Part shown: in pieces, positions 48,101 through 60,100 of the stretch
Layout of the letters: each line of letters begins with the position of its first letter
How positions within the stretch are numbered: position 1 is the first letter of the stretch
From: Diadema antillarum
Taxonomy: Eukaryota
Assembly: GCF_040938485.1 (NCBI RefSeq)
Contig: NW_027270929.1
Location: 930,001-994,000 of the forward strand
Direction of reading: 5' to 3'
Length of the DNA stretch: 64,000 nt
Position numbers and translations under genes: made by a program
Notes under the pieces: generated by a model
Database searches by the model: none
What the model saw: only the letters and a program-made list of their open reading frames with translations
Told to the model about the DNA's origin: nothing

Positions 48101-51100
48101 ACCAAAGATGCAATACACCTGCAACAATACTATAGTGGAAATGAATGAACACAAATATGGATATAACATAGGAGGATATCTGAGTGACTGCCTACTTTGT
48201 CTAGGACATGAGCAAATCAGACCGTACAGGAACAACACTCGGGTGAACATATCAATTTGTAAAACTACTTTTATGGTTCGCATAACTTGATGCCACCATT
48301 CACACCATCCTCACCTGTGTGGTATCAGAGATCAACTTCAGTTTGTCCTTGAGGTCATCCCTGTCCCGACAGAAGATGTCCACATTGCCGTCCCTTAGTG
48401 ACCCCAGGACAGTCAAGGCACTGTGACAGGTGTCGTGGCAGTGGGATGATAGTCCTGCACGGACGGGGACAATGACGTCAGCAGTGACCATGGATTCAAA
48501 TTCAGAGCTCAAACATATCATATGAATATCAAAAGGCAATATCCTACCATCTTACATGATTCCAATATTAAACAGATTTCCCAGCAGCCTGGCATTTGGT
48601 AAATAGATCTACATGTAGTTAAAAGATCAACAGCAAATCTAAATCATTTGAAGTGTTCGAAAAGTGCTCCTAGTATCATCTCATTACAATCTCCTAACTT
48701 CTTTGAACTTGCCTGACATAGTTCATTTACGTAATATGAGTTCCACATACATTTGTGTCTACATGCATGTCTCCAGACCTCATATCTATTTAGAATCAAT
48801 TATTACCATATTTTTGATTTGCTGATTTGATGATGATGATGGCGACAATAGTGACTTTTTTTTTCACTGTTAATACTTCCTACGCCAGAATTATGAAACA
48901 AAGTTGTCACTGCGGTCACACGACATTTTCTTCTGCGACAATTGCTCCATTCCTATTTTCTCCATGGACTTAGGGATAGGTTAAGGCTGTGATAGAGTTT
49001 TAGGTTCAGTTTGATGCGAGGATTAGGATTGGGGTTCTATAGGGTTATGTTGGTAGAATATGTGTTTGGATTAGTGTGCAGGTATTTCATGGGAGCAAAT
49101 ATCGCAGGAGCAAATGTCATGGAACCGGTCACGGCATTACAATTGTACCATATCATTATGACTGCTTAAAACCAATTGTCTGGAGGAAATGACTACCGGT
49201 ATACAGCATACTTGACTTAAGTAGTCACAGACTGACAAGTATTATGGCAACAATCTACTCAAATTCTACTCCCAATAAAGCTAATATATTGCAACTGATT
49301 GACAAATTGCCCTACATCGACGTAAATAAGCACTGAATTGATCAGTGTTATAGTAGTAGCCATGATAAAAAATCATGGGCGTACATACTCGAGCAGGATT
49401 CGAACCTACAACCTCCTGATCACCGGACAGGCGTCATCTCCACTAGACCACCGAGCTTTCGCCCGAGAGCAAGTGTTGGTTCTAATCCTTATAGCATGCA
49501 GCGGGTACTGCTTTGTTATTCAAATTCATGAATTTCTTCCGTCGAGATGTTTTAATTGCAACTGATTGACAAATTGCCCTACATCGACGTAAATAAGCAC
49601 TGAATTGATCAGTGTTTTAGTAGTAGCCATGATAAAAAATCATGGGCGTACATACTCGAGCAGGATTCGAACCTACGACCTCCTGATCACCGGACGGGCG
49701 TCATCTCCACTATTCCTTCCTATTTCTTCCGTCGAGATGTTTTCATTGCAACTGATTGACAAATTGCCCTACATGAATTTGAATAACAAAGCAGTACCCG
49801 CTGCATGCTATAAGGATTAGAACCAACACTTGCTTTCGGGCGAAAGCTCGGTGGTCTAGTGGAGATGACGCCTGTCCGGTGATCAGGAGGTCGTAGGTTC
49901 GAATCCTGCTCGAGTATGTACGCCCATGATTTTTTATCATGGCTACTACTAAAACACTGATCAATTCAGTGCTTATTTACGTCCATGTAGGGCAATTTGT
50001 CAATCAGTTGCAATGAAAACATCTCGACGGAAGAAATTCATGAATTTGAATAACAAAGCAGTACCCACTGCATGCTATAAGGATTAGAACCAACACTTGC
50101 TTTCAGGCGAAAGCTCGGTGGTCTAGTGGAGATGACGCCTGTCCGGTGATCAGGAGGTCGTAGGTTCGAATCCTGCTCGAGTATGTACGCCCATGATTTT
50201 TTATCATGGATACTACTAAAACACTGATCAATTCAGTGCTTATTTACGTCCATGTAGGGCAATTTGTCAATCAGTTGCAATGAAAACATCTCGACGGAAG
50301 AAATTCATGAATTTGAATAACAAAGCAGTACCCACTGCATGCTATAAGGATTAGAACCAACACTTGCTTTCGGGCGAAAGCTCGGTGGTCTAGTGGAGAT
50401 GACGCCTGTCCGGTGATCAGGAGGTCGTAAGTTCGAATCCTGCTCGAGTATGTACGCCCATGATTTTTTATCATGGCTACTACTAAAACACTGATCAATT
50501 CAGTGCTTATTTACGTCCATGTAGGGCAATTTGTCAATCAGTTGCAATGAAAACATCTCGACGGAAGAAATTCATGAATTTGAAGCTAATATATATATAT
50601 GACAATAGGTTTCAATGGCATGAATTGGATGTTTGGCAGGACTTTGCTGAGAGGATCTAATTATTTGTCTTTCAACATCTACTTACTCTCCCCTACATCC
50701 ACTGGGGCAAGATTAGATGTGGCTTTCCCCTGCAGAAGATACTCGCCGAGAGAGTGAGAGTATGCCGCTAGCGCTCCAACCAGCTCACCAAAGTCTGAAA
50801 CGGTAGAAAACCAATTACTTGTTTCTATCCAGTGTAAGAACACCCAACACTGCACATAATTGTGCATGCACATGAATATACACAAAATAGTATCACCACA
50901 AGTGGTGCAATGTCATAGTGTACAGTAGCACAAAGTACATAAAGTATTGAAACAAGGGCAAGGCAACGGGAGTTAAGTACTTGTACAATTTATCACAGTC
51001 ATGCATTCATTTCGTTACACCTTCAATAAGCTAGTGGAAATGGTTGATTAAATACAAAAACAAAACAAAAGCAAAACAGGATACTTCTCTCTAGTTTCAA

Positions 51101-54100
51101 TTTACAATCCTTTATTAACCCAGAGTCTACCAAGCACATAATCTGCAATGGCTTTTCTGTGATATTCAATGGTATCTACAGGACTGGTGCTCAAATACAC
51201 ATCCTTGCAGTAATATGGGGTGTAAACTAAAACCAGATCTGGGCATTTCCTTCAAATTACAATTTTTTAATTATTCAGGAAACTTTACAGATGAAGTTCT
51301 ACACAGCAAGTGCTCACACTCTCGATACAGCAGGTAACTGGCCACTCAGTTTTAACCCCAGTAGGACTAAATTCAACTTAACTTTACCACAGGAATGCAA
51401 TTGGATGCAAGGGGTCAGATTAAGATTTCTGGATATGAGACCTTGCCAGGTCTAGAGAAGGAGCAACAGACATCTCACACATGGTTCAATTGCTTCTTTG
51501 ACGTGAAAGAAAGCACATTCAAGTAGAATTTGACACAAAACTGCTTCTTATGAGATAACCAAATGAATATATAGATGAATATAAAACTCCAGCAGCTTAT
51601 TCCTCTTGAGGCCAGGCTAGATTGCTGGGAGGTTGGCTGGGGCTGTGACTGACCTGTGCCATTCTGTTGGTAGGACATGAAATATCTGTCCAGGTTCTGC
51701 ACACATTCATTGGCAATAGGTGTTCGGCTTAGCAGATACTCTGAAAGAAAAAGAAATAGAAGAAAAAAAAGAACATATTTTTAAAAATCAGGAAAATAGG
51801 ACGAGACAACTGATGACATATGTAAGCACAAGCAAAATGATGATTTACAAGTGTTTATCTACTATGATATGAACTACAGATTCATGGACAAGCAGTTAAT
51901 TACCAATCTGATACATTTTAAATATCCTTCCCTTTGTCATTCATTCCCTGATCTAATTATCCAATCAGTCTACGTGCCTAGTTTTAGAGAAAAATTGTTC
52001 ATGTGTTATGTTTTCCTATTGCCTTAGAGCTGCCTAGACGTAAATTGTACAATGAGCACTATGTTGAAGTGCTATTCAATATCCATCAGCAAAATGCATA
52101 AACAACAATATATCTTCTTACAATGGTCCATGGCGTGCTCCAAAAGGTTTCATCTCTGGATTTTCAATGTGGTCACAAAAAATTCTGAGCTGCAGCTAGT
52201 TAGACAAGTCTCTTCAGAAACACCGAAGCAACAAACCCTGAAATACCTCACACAGGCAGCTGGAAAGAGCAAAAGAACCAGAAACAATGACATTGCTTAC
52301 CTGGTGTACAAGTGGCTGTTGCAAACTGAGGATCGTCCATCTGTTGGAGGATGAGTCGTAACGTGTCCTCGGCGCCCTCTACTGCTCTGGCTGTACGGAA
52401 TTGAACATAAACTATATGTCATCACTTTCCTTCCTTAGTTACCACATGACTGGAGTAAGCAGTTGTGATCAGTAACCTTGTTGAAATTTACAGCTGAAGA
52501 TGGCTTTAATAGTATGCTATCCCTATGTTCGGTACCTACATGAGTGGCCTTTATCAAGCTTGAAAACCAGTGCAACAGATCCAAGAAAGGACTGCAAGAA
52601 TAATACTGATACAATGCATGCAAACACTGCATAGTCTTCAAAGAACTCACTTGCAAGTGTAAACACCAAGGCATTTTTTTTTTCACATACAGAATCATCA
52701 ACTACGAGCAAAAAAAGAAAAAAAGGTTAAAAGGTCAATTTCTATAGTGTGACAACCCTTACATTATCGGCAGTCAGTGATTATTTCTTTTCCTGTGTAA
52801 AAACAGCATGATTACCTTCATAACACAGCAATCTATTGGAGGGTTGCTAAGAGAGACGCTACATGGCTCACACTGCACTTTCTAAAATGGAGAGAAACAG
52901 CAATGATCACACTGAAACACCACCACCAACTCCCAGTGGGGAAGGGGGCTAAACGTTCCTCACCTAAAAGCGCCCTCCTCTGTTCCTCCATCTGCCGTCG
53001 GAGCTGCGCCTCGCGGCTTGCCGTCTCGGCCACCGACATCTGGAGCTTCTCCACGGTCAGCTGGGCGACCTGCTGGGCCTGTCTCACCTCCTCCGAGCTC
53101 CTTGAGACTGTGGTCAGCTGCCTCTTGGATTCCGCATTCTGTGGATGGATGGATTGAGGCAGGATTTCAAGTTTTCATTGGGGGAGGGGGCATTCACACG
53201 AAAAAAGTTTTGAGAACATGATAGGTTAGCTTGAAAGTGGTGATAGTTGAGAGTAGTTGGAAGATCTCTTCCATTGCAGTGTTAGTTTAAAGTCTCCTCT
53301 TTATGGTTTTCTTTTCAATATCTTACTAAAAGGAGATAGATTTGATTTCTGCAACAGTTAATCAGACTATCCTTACACTTAATATTTCTGTAGGCACCTA
53401 AAATCACTGTATGCTGAACTCAGCCTTGACCTTGAAAATTCAGGCTGGTAGCAAATGTCAGCTATTATAAGTGGGGTTGTGTGGTCACTAGATCTTTTCT
53501 CCTGACTTTATAAACTTGATTTATCAGAGTAACGCAACTCTGCTACACATCAGCAGCCTTGAGAACAACCTGTTTGTGGAAAATCTGAACAATTTTTACT
53601 CAACTCAATTCTCTTGCAATGCAGCTACTTGTATATCACTTTTTACTATTCTTGAATCACTGATCATAACATTTTCTCTCTTTTCAATTCTGTGATGCAA
53701 AGAAAAGCTGTCACAGAAATTCTGACAACATCAAGAACAATGTGATATGCAGCACCAAATGCATAAAAACAACACACATTGTACACAACACTACACAGCA
53801 CCATAGAGTCATTATCAAAGTACCCTTTCCAATTAGTTACCACCTTTGGATTAACAAGATAATTGTATTTTATTGTGTTGTATTACAAGTGGAAATCAAA
53901 GAATACTGACCTCTCTCAGAAGGGTAACATGTTCCTCTCTGAGTTTGTTGTACACGTCTTTCATTTTCTTGAATCTCTCCTCATTCACTCTTGCCCTCTC
54001 TATTTGTCAGAAGATGAAAATAAAATGTAAGGCATTTAGCAAATTACAGAGACACAACAGAAATATGTGGGGACTGCTTAAAAACTGTCTCTTCATTCCA

Positions 54101-57100
54101 ACTGACTTGAATTTGTTGTTTTTGTAGGTAGTCTTTTCTATACATGACACTGCTTGTATCCATTTCATAAATACAATATACAAAAAAAAATAGAATATTC
54201 AAGGAATTAACAACAAATCTGATGGCATCAAAGTGACTATTATGAACATATAGAACTCCGCATTTGACTTCAAAGGGTGATTTTGCATTGTTCAAGAGTA
54301 CAAATTTACAGAACTCCATAGTAATGCCAAAGACAGCTATAAAGGGGGATGGGGGCACGTTATTCACATTTGAGAGAACATATCATGACATAATATACTA
54401 TCATAATCTGACCCAGATATTTTGAAACATGAGTCCCTATTCCTAAGACAAAAGACACTCTAAATGACTTGGTTCAGTTTTGAGACAAACATAGCATGCC
54501 TTGTTTGATAAACACCACAAAAGATCAGAAGGAAAGCAAGCAGGCAGACTTTGCACTGAAAACATTACATGTACATCCCATATCTATATCAGTGTGAGAA
54601 TTAAATCCTGGGGGAAAGCCAACTGCGTATTAAAAACCTGGTATCTTGGGGATATAATGGGAAGGCTGACTTGGCTCAAATATTCAAGAATTCTCGTAAC
54701 AAACTGCATACAGTTTATTACCAATCTCTATGTAAGTACACACACAGCCAAAGAACCTCAAGTATAGTCGACCAGTGGTTTTCAAATATACCCCGATGGG
54801 CAGCGGCTGAATCGGGCCACCCGTAAATCCCCATGCTATCGGGTCTTTAAAGCAAAGGTTAAAATTAATAGTTTTCACTTCCAACTTACTCTCTGCATCT
54901 ACCAGCTTGTCCTCTGAAACCATGAGGGCAGCAGCCTCCATTTCTCTCACCCTGTCTCTTAGTGTCTCATTCTCCTGCAAATAAAACACACATGTAATAA
55001 ATGAGACAATGTAGGATAAGAAATTTAAAGTGACTGCCACACAGAGATTGAAGCAAGGCTTGTATGCTAACCAAATAAACATCAAGTTTCATGAAATTCA
55101 TCAAAGAGGGATTTTGTTTGTTTGTTTGTTTGATTCTTCCTCTTTTTTACTATGATACCCCAAACTGAAAAGGATGGGAGTGACAGACAACACAAAATGC
55201 ATCCAGCACCCCTCAGGGATGGAGGCATGTAAATCATAAATCTGGGAGTGGGCATGGATAGTCCAAGGGGTCATGAACCTTCCAGGAGGTACAAACCCTC
55301 CTGGAGGACACAGACTGTCCTTAAAGGGATGGTATAGTATTGGTTAAGGCAAGGATTCAGCCTTTAACTTTTTGCAAGATACTTAGAAACCACTTTTTAT
55401 AAAATGTTAAAGAGCATACGATTCTAAGAGGAATTCAAAGTTCATTTGATGTTCAGCGATTTCAGAACCAATTTTTATCAAATAAACTTTGAATTCCTCT
55501 TAGAATTACATGCTCCTTCATATCTCATACGAGGTTTCTCATTACCTCTAAAAAGGATCATCAAAAAATGTTGGAAACCTGGAGTACCATCTCAACCGAA
55601 ACTGTACCATCCCTTTAAGGTACAAAACCTTCTCAAGGCACAGACCCTCCCTAAGACACAGGATGAGACCTCCCAGAGGTCAAGCCCCTCACCTCACACT
55701 GTGTCTCCACCACCGTCCGGTGCTCGTTCATCTCCTGCTCCATCTCCATCAGCCGCCTCTTGAGCTCCTCGATGATGCGCTGGTCCTCCCGCTTGGTCCG
55801 CTCCAGCTCAAACTTCAGCTGCTCCACCTCCTGCCTCAGCTGTTCTATGATCCAGTCCCTGAAGAAAAAAAAAACACAAGTAAATTCATTACATGGACTC
55901 AATCAAAGGTGAATTGTCTGATGTCTCGTGTTCCATTGGCAGCATGGACTGATTCCCCCAGGGTACCTTTCATCCCCTTGCAACCAAATATTTATGTACA
56001 CCTGAAACTGAGATTGTTTGATGATAATTCCCTTGCAGACATATACGCATACAATGGCACACATACACACATACAAACACACACACAGAAACCATTCTAA
56101 AATCTACATCTCCAAAGTTTATAATCATTCCATTGATACCCCTTTATCCAAGCTTGTAACCTTTCCTTTATTCTGACAAAACAAGCAAAAAAGGTAAGGT
56201 GTTTGAATACAGTGATATGGGAGTATTTCTACTTTCATATGAGCAAGGTGCCAATGAGAGACACAAGGGGAACGTACCTCTCATCTGGTCCACTCTGCTG
56301 CACCTGCTGCTGGCCGTTCTGTTGGGGAGCGGCGGCCAGGTCCACCAGCAGGGCACTGTTTAGGAAGGACTCCTCCAGACGCTCCACAATGGGCTCTTCA
56401 ATGGACGCTTCACTCGGAGGCTGAAGGGGTCAAGGTCGATAGTGGTCACACAATGATGGACTTGATAGCAATGTCTGACAATCAGTGTGACATGATGGAA
56501 CTGTGACTCATACATTCTCAAGATACTCTTCATCAATTTGTCTTTTTACTCTCTTCCTGTATTGTGTCAGTGGGGAACATCCGGCTTGAATTTCATGCCA
56601 TCTCCTTGAGTTTTTTTGCGACATCGCCACAACAAACACACATATCAATGCTGTCCAGATTAATAGTTCAGCAGCCAACACTGAAAACCAGGAAGCTGCT
56701 GACTTTGGTCATGAAAGAAGGTAGTGTATGTGTCATATATTTTGCAAGGTAGCTAATGTGTGTGCAACTAGCAACATGCTAAAACACTGCTTCCTATGAC
56801 ATGAATGCAATGAATATCATGTCTAACTTTAAGTCACTACATGTACCTTTACTTCTTAACCCACTGAGGACGAGTCCCGAGTATACTCGGGCAGGTGTCT
56901 ATGGGAAATGTGCGTTGCAGCAAAATCAGTCCACCCTCAGAGGGTTAAAAAAGAGAGACAATTCTTACTTCACATTACATCACTTTGTGACAGTGTCCTA
57001 CAAGTCCTGATTTGGAAAATATTATGCTTGCAGTATATACATGTATATACGGCCTACTGTAAAACATGATATATTCGCGGCATGAATTTTTCGCGAATTG

Positions 57101-60100
57101 GAGCCGACGGCCTTTCTTGCGGCATGAAATTTTCGCGAACTGCCACTGGCATTCAATGCATATAGTGTAGACAAGAACTTTCGCGTGCATTTTAATTTCG
57201 CGAATCTTGGCGCTCGCGAAATTCGCGAAATTAAAGTGCACGCGAACATTCCTCGTTTTACAGTATATGATAACTACTGGGTCCAAGTTCTGCTCTTCCC
57301 GAGAATGCTACCCATTGTCATCACCTCTGCATTGCCTGCTATTCCATGGCTGCTGATATTAGCATAGCAAAAGCAGCGAGATTCCACAGACCAGTCATGG
57401 AAATACTTGTGTGTCGCATGCATCTCAATTAGCAAATGTAACTTCCAAATCTGGAGGAGCTTTCACATACTCTTGTCAAGATATCAGAGATCATTTAATT
57501 TTTTGAGGGAACATCCTGCAGAGTTATAGGGGGACATGGCAGTCATGTTCCACGCATCAAGTTTGCTCTAGAGGAACATGTTAGAGAACAACACCTATTT
57601 ACTTCATCAAGGAAAGAAGTTATATTTTCATCGGCATTGGTTTGTTTGTTTGTTCATTTGTCTGTGTGCACAATAACTCAAAAAGTTGTGGTTAGATCTG
57701 GATAAAAATTGTGGGAAACGTTGATAATAACACAAGGAATGGATGATTGAATTTTCGGTAGCGATCCGGGAATTTTGACAGATGTTTGAAAAAAATTTTT
57801 CATCTTTTTGCAGATAGGGTCAATGAACTTGGGAGTTCAAGCTGCGCATATTTTGAGGTTTGCATACACGCTCTAAAAGCACATGCTCTGCTCGGGCAAG
57901 GCTCCAAGCAGCTGAAAGCAGATAATGTAAACAAAAGGCTACTATATTTGGGAAACTGGACGATTTTCAGAATGTGTGTATGGGTGGAAATTAGCTACTT
58001 GGCGGAGGACTGCGCTCTCAAGAGTGCTTTCCTAGTTCAAGGATGTAGTCAGACACAGAGGTTCACAACGAAACATGGACAACACTCACCGGAGGACTGT
58101 CTCTCCCTCCACTTGAATCATTCATGGATTCGTTGATGGCCAGCATCACTGCAGGACTGATGTATGTGTCTTGGTTGAGCGCCATCACAAAGAAGTTTGG
58201 AGGCTCCTAGTATAAATCGAGGGGAAAAGAGACAGATGAGAGGAATTTTTTTTTTCTCTTCCTTTTTGAGTGTTGACTGACAAGGTTTTACTCAAATAAG
58301 CTATGGCATACTTGCATTCTTCGACTTCTGTATCAGATCCCTGCATCTGTAAGGTAATGTTATTTCATTTGCACCATTTAGTCTATGATATATGGCTGTT
58401 TATAAATAAACCTACGGAAAACAGCATAATATAACTATGTTCGCACCAAAAGGACAGCAAAGTGCAAGAAGAAAAGGCAGCTGTAAGCACCACAGTTTCA
58501 ACATCAGCAATTTCAGCAATATTTGTCATATTTTCTGTGAAAAAAAAAAGCCACAGACAAAAATATTACTCTTGAGAGAAAAGACAGGATATGACACAAT
58601 TGAAGTGGTTTTGTTAGCTAGTTTTATATTTTGCCATTGGTGGTCTGGTTTGTTAGTGACAATGAATTCCTGATGGAATATTACACAGTAGAGAGAGACA
58701 GGGGAAAAAAAAACAACAACATTATGTCCATATAGAAGCAGCTAAAGTGCTTTTTGTTGTTGTTTCTTTATTCCTATCGCTCAAGTTGATTTTGGTTTGT
58801 TCTGCACCCCTCTGTGGAATCAGCTCTGGCAAAAGGAGTAAACACTTGTGGGAGACAAAAACAGATGTTTGTGACAATATGCAATTCATTTTGTTTGCTC
58901 AACTGTAAATCACAGCGGACTTTATTTCTTTTTAGTTGCTATTTTCCCTACATTATTCTCCTTGAGAATAACTCACTGCAGGGAGCGTAGGCACTTGAAT
59001 GAGACGTCTGAAGTACATGAGGCTGCTGGACCTGGAGTAGAATTCCTTCAGAGCGTGGAACTGCTTCAGGAACCGTGACCTATGACCGTCTAAAGTGTCT
59101 GACGGCAAGCCTGGACGGTTGAGTGAAAGAGAGAAAAAATATACAAATTGTCATTGGTTCTCTGCTCTACAAAGGACCACTGGGCTTATACTAGAGTAGC
59201 TTGTACATTACTATCACATGAGTGACTTCTTCAATAGTCAATTAGGCGTTCGGTAAAAACAGGAGCTTTATGCTGTTTCAGGGATAAGGAAATATCACAA
59301 CCATGTTGTATGGGGTAAAATGTGATTGAGGACAAACCAAGTGAGGCTTGCTGTTTTACTTACATTTTTTTCTTCAATTTGGCCTTATATAAATCCTGTA
59401 TATTGAAACAGGGAGGTTCCACAACTAGTTGCATTGATTTAAATGTAGGTTGTGGGGTCAATATGTATCTTTAGGTTTCAGAAGATCGCACTTAGTTTAT
59501 ATTTAAACAAAATAATTAGTCTAAATTTTCTGATATGTCTGACAGGAGCTTTACAAAGAGAAGATAGAAATGGGGTCAACTGAAGCACAGCACTTCAATT
59601 ATTGCAAAATTTGAAGGGACTGATAAAATATGTCTGCTCACAACATCCTACTCCATTGACACTGCCACAGAAAATCATATCAAAAGTGAACTAAATCCTA
59701 ATCTGCTTTGGAATTAGACTTGACTTGCTGCAACTTTGGATATATTGTTCATAAGAAATTTCTGTGATTTTATGGAGTTAGGTATAAGTTTTTAAATGAC
59801 TGCGCAAAAAGAAGAAATTAAAATATCATCACTGGTTGTGAACACAGTTTTGCAATTAAAACAATCTGAATGACAGGTGAAAATTCTACTAGCAGTTATC
59901 ATGATGATACATACACACTGTAGTGACAGACAAGTACAATTGGCTAGTGGAGATAAAGCTGAATGCTGCTTATAACAACACCGTTATGACACTCGGAACA
60001 CTAGATGATTTGATTTCTAAATATATTAAACATGAACATCCTGAAACTACTGCCTATGTAAATAGAAATGGGGTCATCACATACAAGAGTACCAGATGTG

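Noticed and set aside
49840-50450. Cluster of three functional tRNA genes
   Set aside because: The anticodon arm is mismatched with an implausible loop (CCGGTGA), and the units are part of a TSD-flanked repeat array. A tRNAscan-SE run would settle pseudogene status.
49338-50498. Repeated 71-75 aa ORFs beginning MISV(I/L)VVAMIKNHGRTYSSRIRT
   Set aside because: These are antisense translations of the tRNA-like repeat (SRIRTY is the B-box read backwards), not proteins.
57290-57370. Possible extra HIP1 exon
   Set aside because: The 41-nt candidate would break the frame between two phase-0 junctions.
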